The notes beneath the pieces are model-generated. The model saw only the letters and a program-made list of their open reading frames with translations, searched no databases and had not been told where the DNA came from. 64,000 nucleotides of DNA, taken from Squalus acanthias. Its lineage: Eukaryota. The translations under genes were made by a program, and so were the position numbers. This document shows, in pieces, positions 12,886 to 25,435 of this stretch; position 1 is the first letter of the stretch; every line of letters begins with the position of its first letter. The stretch spans positions 8,990,001-9,054,000 of the forward strand of contig CM059452.1 in NCBI GenBank assembly GCA_030390025.1, in the 5' to 3' direction.

Positions 12886-14433
12886 CGTATTTCAGGATAT
12901 TGGTTGTGAAATTCCCGCGATACTGATTGCCTGAAAATCCGTCTGTATCACTAATCAATTCGGTAACCGATTTTTAAATTTGCCAGCGACTGGCAAAGGC
13001 GGCCGCCTCTTATATCTTTGTTCCTCAGCATCCAATTATCAGACGGCTGACGTGTTTCTCACCGACAAAAGCCGATATTCGGGCTGGTTGGACTTTGTAA
13101 ACGTCAAATGCGATTGGTGCCTGTTCACTCTGGTGGGGGAAATTGGGTCCTTGCAATGACTCCGAAGCCAACCTTTCACCCTCTGGGACTCTGTGTTCAA
13201 ATGCAGCCGAGAGAATGGGGATGGAGCCTCCTTTTCTGGTGGGATGACTGGGGTGAGCAGTTTGTCAGACAGATTAATTGATAAGGTACCCGGTGCAACC
13301 GAATACAAGGGAGAACTGAACATTAGGGGTCCCGTTGAATGGATTCACCCACCGAGAGAGAGAAAAATACAGACCATTATGGTCGATGAAACTTAATCTA
13401 GAAAAAGTGTGTGAAGTATTGTCCATGAGAAGGGACAATGAAGAACATACATACCTCATGAGTGGTGTTGAAATAGCTACGGGTGAATTTAAAAGGGTGC
13501 TGGGAGTGTAAAGGGCCCACATGTGCAGGGAATGCTTTGAAGAACACATGGAATACTCGCCAGAATCTGGGGTCACTTTACAAGGGATGTTCACATTGAC
13601 AGGGTCAAACGGATTTATTATCTGTTGGCGCCGTTTGTTTAATTTCAGCATTCAGCCGTACAACACACAGACAATACACGTGCAGGGAAATTACTTCAAT
13701 AATAATGTACCCTTTGGGAACTATGTAACTGCGCTTCTCTATAAGAACCGTGTTACCCCCAGGCTCGCGAAAGATTTGCAGTTATTATATTAGCTACAAG
13801 CATCTTCATCACTGGGCTGGGATTAAACTATGGGGGTGGAAACAGATGTCGGATAATATAACACAATCCCAACCAATTCCGAATTGTAATTATTAATGAG
13901 AAATGTATTTAATTTGAAACTGTCAACTGGAGGTGACAAGCTCATTTACAGTCAAGTAATGCGTGAAATTGTGACTCTGTCAGTGACGATATAATATCAA
14001 CGAACAGTAATCCAATAGTTGAAAAGGGATTTCTTGTTAATTTATATTTAAAAGAATGTCAGTCTGTATTGGTTAATGCAACGTGACCGGCGGTGGGAAG
14101 CAGCTGCCTGTCAGCGCCACCTGGTGGCCGGGTTTAAGTGGTCCTCTTTGAGCTGATCTCAGAACATTGTTCACTATTTGTGCTCTCTCTGTTCACATTT
14201 GCTTCAGGATGACGCGGCGATGCTCTGACGCATGCGCTGTACCGCTCCGCCAATCCCAATCAATGCTGAGCCCGGAGCTCCACTCACAGGTTCACTTTTT
14301 GAGTCCCAGAGACCCGTGTGTAACGGGCACAGTGTGGTGTTGGGCTCAGATTGATACACAACAGCCTTCTCCAGGAGCCTCTCTCGGCCTGGATCTGCCG
14401 GCGATCACTTTACACAAATCGATAAGATCCGAC

Positions 14434-14937
14434 ATGAAGCTGAGCTTCACTTTAGTGATTATCTCCCTGGATTTCATACTCTTCCCTCCGTGTGAGTGTG
14501 GTCACAATCTCTGTCTATCGGGAATATTTTACATCTTATATGTATTTTTATTGTTTATTTATTATTATTTTATGTTATGTTATATTGTATTATATTACAT
14601 TCTAAAATTATATTATATTAATTACGTTGACTTAATTATATATTATATTACATATTCGTCTCAGATGCCACTGGCAGTGAAGAGGTATCGCAGTCTCCCG
14701 AGTCAGTGGTTGTTACCGAGGGAGACACTGCATCGTTGACCTGTTCCACCACAGTCGCAGGACAGGTCCTACAATGGTGCAGACAATTCCCGAGGCGAAC
14801 CGTGCAGCACCTGGCGACCGGTAACAGTGATCAGAGCAGGATCGCGGCTCGCTTCAGTTCAGTAGAGAAGCGCAGTGCTCTGAATGTTAGCGACGCTCGA
14901 GTGACAGACACCGCCACCTATTTCTGTGCGGTGGAGA
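14434..14937 (+). CDS. TRAV/TRDV: TCR alpha/delta V gene segment, open frame (leader 14434-14491, V exon 14665-14937)
   Basis: Leader MKLSFTLVIISLDFILFPP|GTGAGT. V exon SEEVSQSPESVVVTEGDTASLTC...LQWCRQ...DTATYFCAVE. Near-consensus RSS follows. Confidence 0.88.
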
Positions 14938-14976
14938 CACAGTGCAGCAAAGATCAGCAGAGACCGTACAAAAACT
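14938..14976 (+). promoter_or_regulatory. 23-RSS
   Basis: CACAGTG + 23 nt + ACAAAAACT. Confidence 0.95.
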
Positions 14977-15061
14977 CTAGGCTGTGCCATTATCAGAGCG
15001 CTGGGTGTTTTATAACACTGTCCCTGGGAACCGCTCCCAGTCTCCCAGTAGGTGAAGTCTG

Positions 15062-15200
15062 AGTTCTGACGAAAGGTCATCGACCTGAAACGTTAACTCT
15101 GTTTCTCTCTTCACAGATGCTGCCTGACCTGCTGAGTTTCTCCAGCATTTTCTGTTTTCATTTCAGATTTCCAGCATCTGCAGTATTTTCTTTTTGTATC
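15062..15200. repeat. Short interspersed repeat (Penelope-like terminal fragment common in sharks)
   Basis: GACCTGAAACGTTAACT...GATGCTGCCTGACCTGCTGAG...CCAGCATCTGCAGT, recognised from memory. Confidence 0.55.
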
Positions 15201-15540
15201 AGTGTCCCAGGATCCGTCTGAATTAACGGTTCTGGAAGAACAGACCGTAATACTCAGCTGTAGTTTCTCCACTTCCGATAGTTTGCCCTTCCTCTACTGG
15301 TCCTTCATTATCCCGGGTTAGCTCCGAGATATTTCCACAGGAGATATCGCTTGGGGTGGGGAGATAATTCTCTGTATTTCCCAGATTGGTTCTCCGCTGA
15401 TTTGGACAAAGACAAAGACACGAATACAACAGTTTGATATAGCAACCTGACAGTCTGTGGTCTTCGTGACTTTGGGATCAATCTAACCCCACAGATAAAA
15501 GCACCAAAAAGCACTTCAAGAAGGTGTAAATGCTCGCTGA

Positions 15541-15899
15541 GGCTTTTGTGCGGGGCTTTTGTTTTTATCTGACGCTATGCCTCACTGCACAGTTATAGAC
15601 CGCCCCGTCCTCCATACTCAGGCCGCTTACATTTAGGTAACCGTACTTTCTAGACTTGCCAACAGCCGCCAGATATTGCCCTGAGATTTCGACTTCCTTC
15701 AGTGCTGCTGCTTTGCTATTTACCCAGCTTGGAGGCTGTGCCGGTTTCTGGCAATACAATTGCATGGCGTAAACATCTAGGACTGTATATTCGCAATCTA
15801 ACTGCACCGAACCAACTTTGCATCGATCTGATAACCTGTGTTGTTTAAGATAATCCACTACTTACTGTCCAACACTGCCGCCAATATTATTAGCAACAT
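15541..15899 (-). pseudogene. TCR V pseudogene with inactivated heptamer
   Basis: Leader MLLIILAAVLD|GTAAGT. V has lost the conserved W (QLYCQK) and YYC reads YNC. RSS CATAGCG + 23 + ACAAAAGCC. Confidence 0.8.
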
Positions 15900-16609
15900 A
15901 CCTGACTGAATTCTCACGGTGACTTGGAATTGAATGAGGCCGAGATCGAGAAGGGGTGCGGTAACCCGGGCTGTTCAGCTCATTGTTCCACCCACACACT
16001 GCAAGGGACGGACCCATTGTGACATCACTGAGGTTACAATTGCTATTCGCTATGGTGTTTTCATCGCGTGACTTTCTAATTACCATGCTTGAATTTGGCG
16101 CCCTCTGCTGGTGGATTCTGTTCAATCCGATTTAGAATTAGATCATTGAGGGGGTTTAATATTTATAGATTATATATAAAAGCATCTCTGCAAACTATTG
16201 TGTCTCTGAACTCTAGATTACAGCTGTGTAATCTCTTTATTTCCCTACCACTCTACTCGCTCCCAGTCATTTCATCAGTGAGCAGCAGCAGGTAGACCAC
16301 AGACCTCTCAAGACCCAAGGCCCTTTCCGCTCCATCATCTCCGAGTGCAGCTGAGCGGCGCCGCGCACTTTCTGTGGTTACACAGAGCTCAGAATTTGCT
16401 CAGTTTTGAGTCTGAGGCAGCCCCACCCTCAGCTTCCGTTTGCTGCTCTCGCTCTGACACGCCTTGCCTGCCTTGTGCTATTGGAGAGATGTTTGCCGCT
16501 GCTCCCTGTTTGGCATTGGTTGGATCAGCCATGCAGTGGTGTGGGGATGGGTAATTCTGATCCGAGAGAGGATTTCCCGGATTGCAGAGTTACAGACTCA
16601 GGGAGCGCC

Positions 16610-17109
16610 ATGTAAAACCGTCTCGCACCGCTCCTCGTCATTATACCACTTCTCAGTAAGTATTACCTGCCCAGTAAAAATCCATTGTCTCCCTGACTGC
16701 TGTGACCCAGATGTTATGATTTATAAAATGATGATGATGATGACTATTATTGTTATTTTGTGTCAGAATGGAGCCGCCAAGACACAGTGGAACAACCGGT
16801 TCCTGAAATGACGGTTGAAGAGAAAATTTATGCCACACTAAACTGCACCTCGTAAAGAAGCGCTTCTACCCTTTATGTGTTCTGGTACAGTCAGCACCCC
16901 GAGCAGCTTCCACAGTACGTGGTTTATATCATTGCAGGAAAGTAAACCGGAACCCCGACTTCACTGACCGATTCTCTTCTACGTGTAATAAAAATACCAA
17001 GATTACTGAGCTAACGATCAGCAACGCCCTGATCTCCGACACCGCCATGTATTTCTGTGCTATGAGCCCCACACTGCTGCAGAGATATAGCGGATCCCGT
17101 AAAAAACCC
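16610..17109 (+). pseudogene. TCR V pseudogene (leader 16610-16655, V exon 16767-17069)
   Basis: Stop at leader codon 2. V exon QDTVEQP...LNCTS*...FWYSQHP has stops and a frameshift, then DTAMYFCAMS. Degenerate RSS CACACTG + 23/24 + (T)AAAAAACC. Confidence 0.85.
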
Positions 17110-17309
17110 AGTCTGAGAATTCCAGTTAGTGCTCACCAGAGGGCGCTCTCACACCGATAAACAGAAGCGACAATTCAGTCTCCACAATGAGAGTCACAGG
17201 GACCTTCTTAAAAGGCCAATGAAACACAACACACAAGAACCGGTGAGGTCCACCAGCGGAATTATATTAGTTGGTGATTTCAACTATCATTTATAATAAA
17301 AATCACTAA

Positions 17310-17985
17310 GTTCTAAGCTCATGGTGTACAGAGCAGCAGATATACCCGCCGTGCTGTATGCCTCAGAGATATGGACCATGTACAACAGGCACCTCAAAGC
17401 ACCGGAGAGGTACCACCAACACTGCCTCCGCAAGATCCTGCAAATCCATTGGCAGGATAGGCGCACCAACGTCAGTGTTCGCACTCAGGCCAACATCCCC
17501 AGCATCGAAGCTTTGACCACGCTCGATCAGCTCCGATGGATGGGTCACATTGTCCGTATGCCCGATACAAGACTCCCAAAACAAGCGCTCTACTCGGAGC
17601 TCCGACACGGCAAGAGAGCCCCAAGTGGACAGAGGAAACGCTTCAAGGACACCCTCAAAGTCTCCTTGAAAACGTGCAACATCCCCACTGACACCAGGGA
17701 ATCCCTGGCCCAAGATCGCACAAAGTGGAGGAGAAGCATCCGGGAAGGCGTCGAACACCTCGAGCCTCTTCGCTGGGAGCAAGCGGAAGCCAAGCGCAAG
17801 CAGCGCAAGGAGCGCACGTCAACCCAAACACCCCACCCACCCGCCCCTTCAACCACTGTCTGCCCCACCTGTGACAGAGACTGTAGGTCCCGCATTGGAC
17901 TCATCAGTCACCTGAGAACACATTTTTAAGGTGGAAGCAAGTCATAATCGGTTCCGAGGGACTGCCTAAGAAGAAGAAGAAGATA
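17310..17985 (+). mobile_element. RTE-clade LINE 3' fragment with C-terminal C2H2 finger and (AAG)n tail
   Basis: ORF LYASEIWT...LRWMGHIVRMPDTRLPK...CPTCDRDCRSRIGLISHLRTH, then an AAGAAGAAG tail. Confidence 0.88.
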
Positions 17986-19505
17986 ATAAAAAATACATTT
18001 CCCAAATGCATCTGTGCCTCCTTAACTCACGTTTTGTCTTTCGATGCCCTTTCCGTGCCTGCCAGTCCCTTTTCATCCCCTGTCTCCACTCTTTACTCAT
18101 CATGGAATGAAATTCCATCTTCCAGTCTTAAGGTTAACGATGTAAAACCTTTGCGGCTGCTGGGTATATTAATTCAAAACCGCTCCAACCCAGCTTCCCA
18201 TAAACAGGAACTACAGACAGGTCAGTGAATAAAGACAGGATTCCTCGCACCCTGTCCAGCGACATCGGAACAGTTCTCAGAATATCCACCAGAGGGCGGC
18301 ATGTCACAATATTCCTTTTATGGATCAGACCCCGGGCAGTGAGTTAAATGCTGTTTCTGCAACGATTGTGTAAATTTTGGAATGACTTGAAGTTTAATAT
18401 TTGAAATCCTCACCGGGCTGGTTCGGCACATCAGAAAATAATCAACACAAAAAGACATCCATCATATTGAAGGATTGGTTTCTGATACAACCCAGTGGGA
18501 AGGGTGTAGAAGATGGGGAAAGAACTATCAAAATGTGAGTGAAAGACACAGCCTGAGATCTGATTTCTGAAGCCATTAACTGTACCGATGACGGAGATCG
18601 ATGTTAAAGGGGCGAAAGACAAACCGAAACCGCCTGTATTGTGCTTGTTTTTCTGCGCCACATCCTTTTCTAATTTGAGTGAAAGTTGTGAGGACAGGTT
18701 TTCACTCCCTGCTGGTGTTGAGCTCTTGTTAACGAGAACCCGCCCTACACCTCACCCTGGGAGTTTGAAGCCGCTCCCCCCGCCCCTCCTCTGCTGCCGG
18801 GAACATCAGCGGGAAAGTGCTGAAACGCGTCGACGGGCCGCTCCCTCCATTCTCTCTCATTGAAAATTTAAAATCTGAAAATTATGTATCAGTAAATTAA
18901 CCATTACAGGCACAACGAAGGTAACAGCTCGTCAGATATAATTAAAACATTTTTAATGCAAACCACAGAAGGGAAACGCTGGTTAAGTTACAGAGAGAGT
19001 TTATTTTTATGTCTGTTCAATTGTTTGTTCAGTAACAGCAGATACCATCGCTCTAATATCACAGATCAATAAATCACTCCGATAAAATAAGGAATCATTG
19101 TTAGTTCACTAGTTAACTGACCCGTAAGTGAAAGCTCACAGCAGTCACGGCTACCAGTGTCCCTGACGGTGAAACTAACGGAATTCTGGAGAAAGAATTG
19201 ACCCCAGAATAAACCAAATCCATTAACAATCCTGAGTTTTTTGGTCACAAACTCGACACGGGTTCAATCCCACCCCGGTCTCTAAAAGTGGAACCATTCC
19301 CCTATAAGGACACTGACTGTAGCCCAGCTCGGGTGTTTCCATTCACTGGCAGCCAGCTCACCACCTACCGGTCTCACAGCACCACTGGGGACACAAGGAA
19401 GTGAGGTCAGAGCATCCTGAGACACGACAGCAGGATATTGAGGGCGGGGCTTAGAACGGGTGTCTTCAAATATCCAACCCCACTTTTACAGAGCGGACAG
19501 CGACA

Positions 19506-20008
19506 ATGCGGCTACTCAGCATATGGTCTGTGTGGGGGGCATTTCTGACAGGTAATTTTGGACCAAACACATCTCATCTTTTCTCTCATTTCTAACATGG
19601 TTTGAATCTGAATTTTAAACACCCGCCGGTCTGATCTTTTCCTGATTGAACATGTTTTTCAGATCTGAGTCTTGGAGATTCTGTCACTCAGCCGCTGTCC
19701 TCAGGAGTTAAGACTGAAGGATAAGCGGTGACTTTAAACTGTACCTATGATACTACACAGAGCGACTATTCTTTATACTGGTACCGGCAACACCCAGACA
19801 CACAGCCCGAGTATATACTGAGGAAAGGCTCGAGCGGTTTTGAAGATAAAGCTGATTTTGCTAAAACCCGTTTCTCTGCTGAGCTCCAGACCTCGACTAA
19901 ATTCACCAGTTTAACCATCTCCGGGCTGCAGCTGACTGACGCTGCCGTGTATTACTGCGCCCTGAGACTCACAGTGATGGAAAGCAGTCTCAGCCCTGTA
20001 CAAAAACT
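19506..20008 (+). pseudogene. TRAV/TRDV: TCR alpha/delta V segment with a single premature stop and near-consensus 23-RSS (leader 19506-19551, V exon 19663-19969, RSS 19970-20008)
   Basis: Leader MRLLSIWSVWGAFLT. V exon GDSVTQPLSSGVKTEG*AVTLNCTY...LYWYRQ...DAAVYYCALR with TAA at 19722-19724. RSS CACAGTG + 23 + ACAAAAACT. Confidence 0.92.
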
Positions 20009-21029
20009 GCCATTGGACTGTAGGGCGGAGCTCCTGTGTGTTGGGGTTGTGTGGAATCGCGGGCAGATGCAGCCACAATGAGCAGCGCGCTGTCAGGCGC
20101 TCAAACACACACCGAGAGGAAACCAAATTAACCTCGGATCAAACTGTCACCCAACTGTTTCCAGGAGCGGCCGAGAAACAAACTGCAGAATCCAATCGGC
20201 CCGAAAGATGGATCACAGAATGAACCGACCGGTTAAACTGTCCTTTCTGCTTCTGATCAGCTGTTTTCCCTTAAAGTCATAGGATCGATGTTCCGATCAG
20301 CTCCGAGAAAGAGGTTGCTGACAGCGCCAGGAAATTCCTGCTGGTTGCGCCGGTAATAGGACATGATCTGGTTCCCACATTCCGCCTGTGTGTGTCATTT
20401 CATCCCGTGTATTCCTTCGAACCGGATATTTCCTGTGTTGAGCTGCGCGGGAAATCCTCCGACCTGTTACTTTCTCTTAGTTTCACCTAAAGATAGCTGC
20501 AACTTTCCAAACTTGGAAACAGAGGAGTTGAAAACACGCAACCGAATGGGAGTGGACATGAAAGAGAAACAATGTTGAATGTTTCTCGAAATCTGTGGGG
20601 AAATAGAACGATTTTTCTATTCTTAATGTTCCGGTTTTTTGCTGCGTCAATTAACTTCCGTGCATTAGCTAACCTGAAAATAATCTGACCCAGTACTAAT
20701 AACCTGTAAGGAGCGCTCTGCCTGTGTGGCAGTTTGCCCGAAGGAGGCTGGAATAAATTACCATTCAGTGGTCCAATTGGCTCACAGCCTTTCAATAATT
20801 TAAGGAGCCATAAAGGACAGAGCTTCCCACAATGCACAGCTGGCCAGACAAGGCCCAATGGAGACCACGGGCCGCGCTGCACTGTGGGAGCACTGTTCGC
20901 ACATGCGCAACTCGCTAACTACTTTAATCGTCGCGATCTCTCTTTATCTCTGTCGCATATTTTCTCCATTTTATCAGAAAACGTGACTGTTTCTTTGGTG
21001 GGAATTGAAGTCACACGTCACACCACAAT

Positions 21030-21445
21030 AGGCGACTGTACCACATTACTCACTGCACATCACACAAATATGGCCGACTGTACATCACAAAACTTTGGCC
21101 GGCTGTACATCACACAAACATGGGCGACTGTACATCACAAAACTTTGGCCGACTGTACATCACACAAATATGGCCGAATGTACATCACACAAATATGACC
21201 GAATGTAAATCACACAAACATGGCCGACTGTACATCACACAAACATGGCCGACTGTACATCACACAAATATGGCCGAATGTAAATCACACAAACATGGCC
21301 GACTGTACATCACACAAACATGGCCGACTGTACATCACACAAATATGGCCGAATGTACATCACACAAACATGGCCGACTGTACATCACACAAATATGGCC
21401 GAATGTACATCAGAAAAGTTTGGCGGACTGTATATTCACAAACGT
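21030..21445. repeat. 25-bp minisatellite (TGGCCGACTGTACATCACACAAACA)n
   Basis: Tandem units. Shorter related arrays at 52730-52850, 43825-43905 and, inverted, near 3040-3075. Confidence 0.9.
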
Positions 21446-22889
21446 GACCGCCGCCAGTTTGTCCTGCAGTAGATGACGCCAAAATGCGTTCCAAATGTCA
21501 CAGCACCGTGATTGGCTGTTTTGCACAGTCATTCAGGGTCAGAGGTCACGGGCAGTCTCTTTTCTCCGCTCAGTGCTAAATATTCCCCGTGTGTGCAGCC
21601 TCTAACCCCGACTCGCGACTGTGACCCCGGGGATCAGCACGGAAAGTCTTCAGTGGGCTCTTCACCGCCCGAGATTCCCTGAGCCTGGGGACAAGTCATG
21701 AGACGGGAGACACAGCGATAGCGGCTAAAGATATTTGTCGCTTGGAGGGGAGGGAGCGAGATTGGGGCAGAGACATTGCTTAAGCAGCAACTCAAACCAT
21801 TGCCAAACTTCCTTCCCAGCCCTTCAGAAGGGCCTCCTAATCCTTCCGTCCCTCAACCAGGTCTGATATTCAGCCACAGGAGTCCTCGCGCCTGAACTCC
21901 AGGAGTTCAGAGGGAAAGCAGCGCCGCATCAGAAGGAACATTCCTGACTCGGATCGGGCCAGAAACCTCTGGAGAAGTTTCCGTGGCCGGGAAGCACCGA
22001 AAGAATCCGAGGATCCGTTGAAGGATGGAGCAAAACTGCAGGGAAACAGGGAGCGGAGAAGGTCACTGGCGGATCCCTGGGGTGATGATCAGTGAGTTCA
22101 GGGAGATGGTATCAGAGGGAATGGAGCAGAGCAGGAAGAAACGCTGTCAGTGATACAGGAGACCGAAGGTCAGGGTAAATGGGTGTGGCTCAGATTGGAA
22201 AAGGGTTGGAAGTGGTTCTCCCAGTGCTGGGCCAACTCTTTCATTGGTCTGTGTGAACCATTTGGACTCGGGTCCCCTTTAAAGGAGCTAATCCAAAACA
22301 AAAAAAAACACATTCTATAGTGCCCTCCCTGGTAGAAGAGCTCCACTCACACACTTGGCCTGAACAAAACTAGAATGATATTCCATCAGAATTTGATTTT
22401 GCCCGACTATCACACAACCTGTTTCCAGCGGTGCCCATTGGGCGCAGAAGGTGCCAAATATACCGTGTGATCCCTCATCACCTCTCCTTCAAATACAATC
22501 TATCCTTCTTTCCTCTCTGTCTTTGGTATCTGTGTGTATATATCAAAGAACAGGTGGGGAGAAAGAGAGTGTGTATAACAGAAAATTTGGAGCGTCTGTG
22601 TTTATAACAGAAAAGTTGGAGAGTGAATGTGTGTATATAACAGTAAAGCAGAGAGTGCCTTAGTTTGTGAAACAGAAAATCTGGAGAGGGAATCTGTGTG
22701 TGTGTAACAGAACAGCTGGAGAGAGAGTCAGTTTGTGTGTATAACAGAAAAAGTGAAGAGAGTCGATGTGTGTGTATAAAAGAAAAGCTGGAGAGAGAGC
22801 CTGTGTGTCGGATAGGCCCCAGACACTTAGAATCATTTCCAGGGTTTGTGCTCCCAAGTGAGACAGTGTCAGATATCTAACACGTTTGA

Positions 22890-23672
22890 CCTGCCCTGGG
22901 AGTGTTTGATGGGACAGTGTAGAGGGAGCTTTACTCTGTATCTAACAAGTGTGTACCTGCACTGGGAGTATTTGATGGGACAGTGTAGAGGGAGCTTTAC
23001 TCTGTATCTAACCAGTGCTGTACCTGCACTGGGAGTGTTTGATGGGACAGTGTAGAGGGAGCTTTACTCTGTATCTAATCCGCACTGTACCTGTCCTGGG
23101 AGTGTTTGATGGGACAGTGCAGAGGGAGATTTACTCGGTATCTAACCCGTGCTGTACCTGTCCTGGGAGTGTTTGATGGGACAGTGTAGACGGAGCTTAA
23201 CTCTGTATCTAATCCGTGCTGTAGCTGCCCTGGGAGTGTTTGATGGGACAGTGTAGTGGGAGATTTACTCTGTAAAACCCGTGCTTTACCTGCCCTGGGA
23301 GTGTTTGATGGGACAGTGCAGTGGGAGCTTTACTCTGTATCTAACCCGTACTGTACCTGCCCTGGGAGTGTGTGATGGGAGAGTGTAGAGGGAGTTTACT
23401 CTGTGTCTAACCCGTGCTGTACCTGCCCTGGGATTGTTTGATGGGACAGTGCAGAGGGAGCTTTACTCTGTATCTAACCCGTGCTGTACCTGCCCTGGGA
23501 GTGTTTGATGGGACGGTGCAGAGGGAGCTTTACTCTTTACCTAACCCGTGCTGTACCTGCCCTGGGAGTGTTTGATGGGACAGTGTAGAGGGAGCTTTAC
23601 TCTGTACCTAACCCTTGCTGTATCTGCCCTGGGAGTGTTTGATGGGATAGTGTAGAGGAAGATTTACTCTGT
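22890..23672. repeat. 67-bp tandem repeat (TGTACCTGCCCTGGGAGTGTTTGATGGGACAGTGTAGAGGGAGCTTTACTCTGTATCTAACCCGTGC)n
   Basis: Direct tandem copies with 67-bp period. Confidence 0.93.
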
Positions 23673-24501
23673 CGTGTGCTGTACTCAATCAGTCTGCGAT
23701 GGAGCAGAGCCCTGCTCTGTAACAGAACCTGGCATGTGACTATTACAGACCATAATACTAGAGGGGACTGCGAGGTGCGCCCGGTCGCTGTGCAGTCACT
23801 CCGCCTCTGGGCCTTGACATAAAAAGGCAGAGGTAAATGTGTCGTTACTCTAATGGGACACTGGGTGCCGCAGTGGCTCCTTAACCGAAGGGAATTGGGT
23901 TAAAACACAAACCAGACAGGACGGGTGAAAAATACCTGTCAGGGAAATAAAACAAAGTGTGATAGGGAAAATGGAGCGGTGTGGAGGAGCCTTGGAGAAA
24001 GGAATTCCGCAAACTCCGAATTAGCCAATTGGCATTCCAGATTTATTAACAATTTCACAGAGAACAATTTACAGAGAAGTTCTTCAAAAATTAGCACAAA
24101 GTGAATATAACAACAGAGCGTCACATTGAGACCAGAACACAGACGGTCTGAGCTGCCAGCTATCTGTACAACAGCAACAGGCGTCAGAGAGAAAACAGGG
24201 GCTCTACTTAAAGGGAAGGGAACAATTGTGAATTAGGAACGAGAAAAGTGACTTATTTACACATGAAATATTCAAACAACGGTGAAACTCTGAGATACAT
24301 TTCTATTATAGCCACGATTATCTCACACATTTCAAACAGAGAGACGGAAATCCCGGTTATGATTTTCTCAGCTACAGATTCGGATCTATTAACTGAAGAC
24401 ATTTGACTCTGAGAATCACCAAGAGGATATATTTTATTTTCAGGACACAGAGATGTTAATAAACAGATGAGGAAAATCCACGGCGTCCGAAATTCAACCG
24501 T

Positions 24502-24777
24502 TCACTTGACCTGTAAAAGAGGGATAAAAGAATGAAGCAGAGATTTAGTGGTTTGGGGCATTTATCTCAGGGTTTTATCAATGAAACTTTTAGAGATTTG
24601 TCAAACCGCTTCAGTCAGATCGAAGTGTGAGAGGATTGAATCTTCTCACCTTCACTAGAGTGAGGGCAGCGCTGTAGGAAATGCTCAGGAAGAACAGGAT
24701 GATGAATGTGGAAGCGGTTGTCCAGATGTTGCCGCTCTCTTCCTCATAGTCTTCAATCAAGATGTGGTCTGAGGAAT
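24502..24777 (-). CDS. IGHM: Orphan IgM-type membrane exons TM1 (24777-24650) and TM2 (24510-24502)
   Basis: DSSDHILIEDYEEESGNIWTTASTFIILFFLSISYSAALTLVK|VK*. Intact AG/GT sites, KVK tail and AATAAA at about 24438-24433. No CH exon upstream before the CR1 nest. Confidence 0.85.
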
Positions 24778-25435
24778 CTACGGGGATGTAGAGGAGGAAA
24801 TACATTCAGATCGTTTATTAATCCAAGATATCATATTACTATTATATATTCTTTTCTTTTCCTTAAGATATTAGCTTTTTCTCTAATTTAATTTTCAATG
24901 TATGTCTTGTGTTAAGTTAATCTCTCTCAGCAATCTATCTCTGTTCCGAACTCCACAGTCGCTCTTCCTTTATGATCCTCCTATAGGCCGTGTTGGAAAA
25001 TATGACATTTTTTTCTTCAATGTCACACTCTGATTGATTTTGCATCAAGTTGGTACGATCTATCATTCGGGAATAATATGATAAAATATCGAGGGAGCTT
25101 TACTGATTGATATTGATTATTTTAACGATAGGTTTAGATATCTACTTATTTGGAGACTGTCAAGGGGGCTGGGTAAGAGACCAGATGTGAGTTAAAATCT
25201 TGTTTATTCATTTGTTATGTCAATGCTCTGAACATAATTAACTTTTATCAGTTTCCAACAAGAACAGTGATTCAGTATATGAGTAGGACCAGAATAGAGA
25301 AATGTGAGATGCTATGGTATCAGGAATTAATTATTCAGTACAACCGCTGGAGACTGTGTCCGTAAAAAGAGCATTTTAATTCTACATTCGTCTATAGCCT
25401 GACTTTTTTGTGCACGTACGTGCTTCCGTTTGTGT

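Larger units (their letters stand above)
20983..25435. repeat. Segmental duplication, copy A (paralog of 52683-60023), carrying IgM TM exons and 3' flank
   Basis: Colinear high-identity match from GACTGT...GGGAATTGAAGTCACACGTCAC to CTACATTCGTCTATAGCCTGA. Confidence 0.9.

Noticed and set aside
13215-13620. Possible leader/V remnant and ORFs near 13.2-13.7 kb
   Set aside because: The leader-like stretch contains a stop, and the downstream sequence resembles decayed CR1 with no V motifs.
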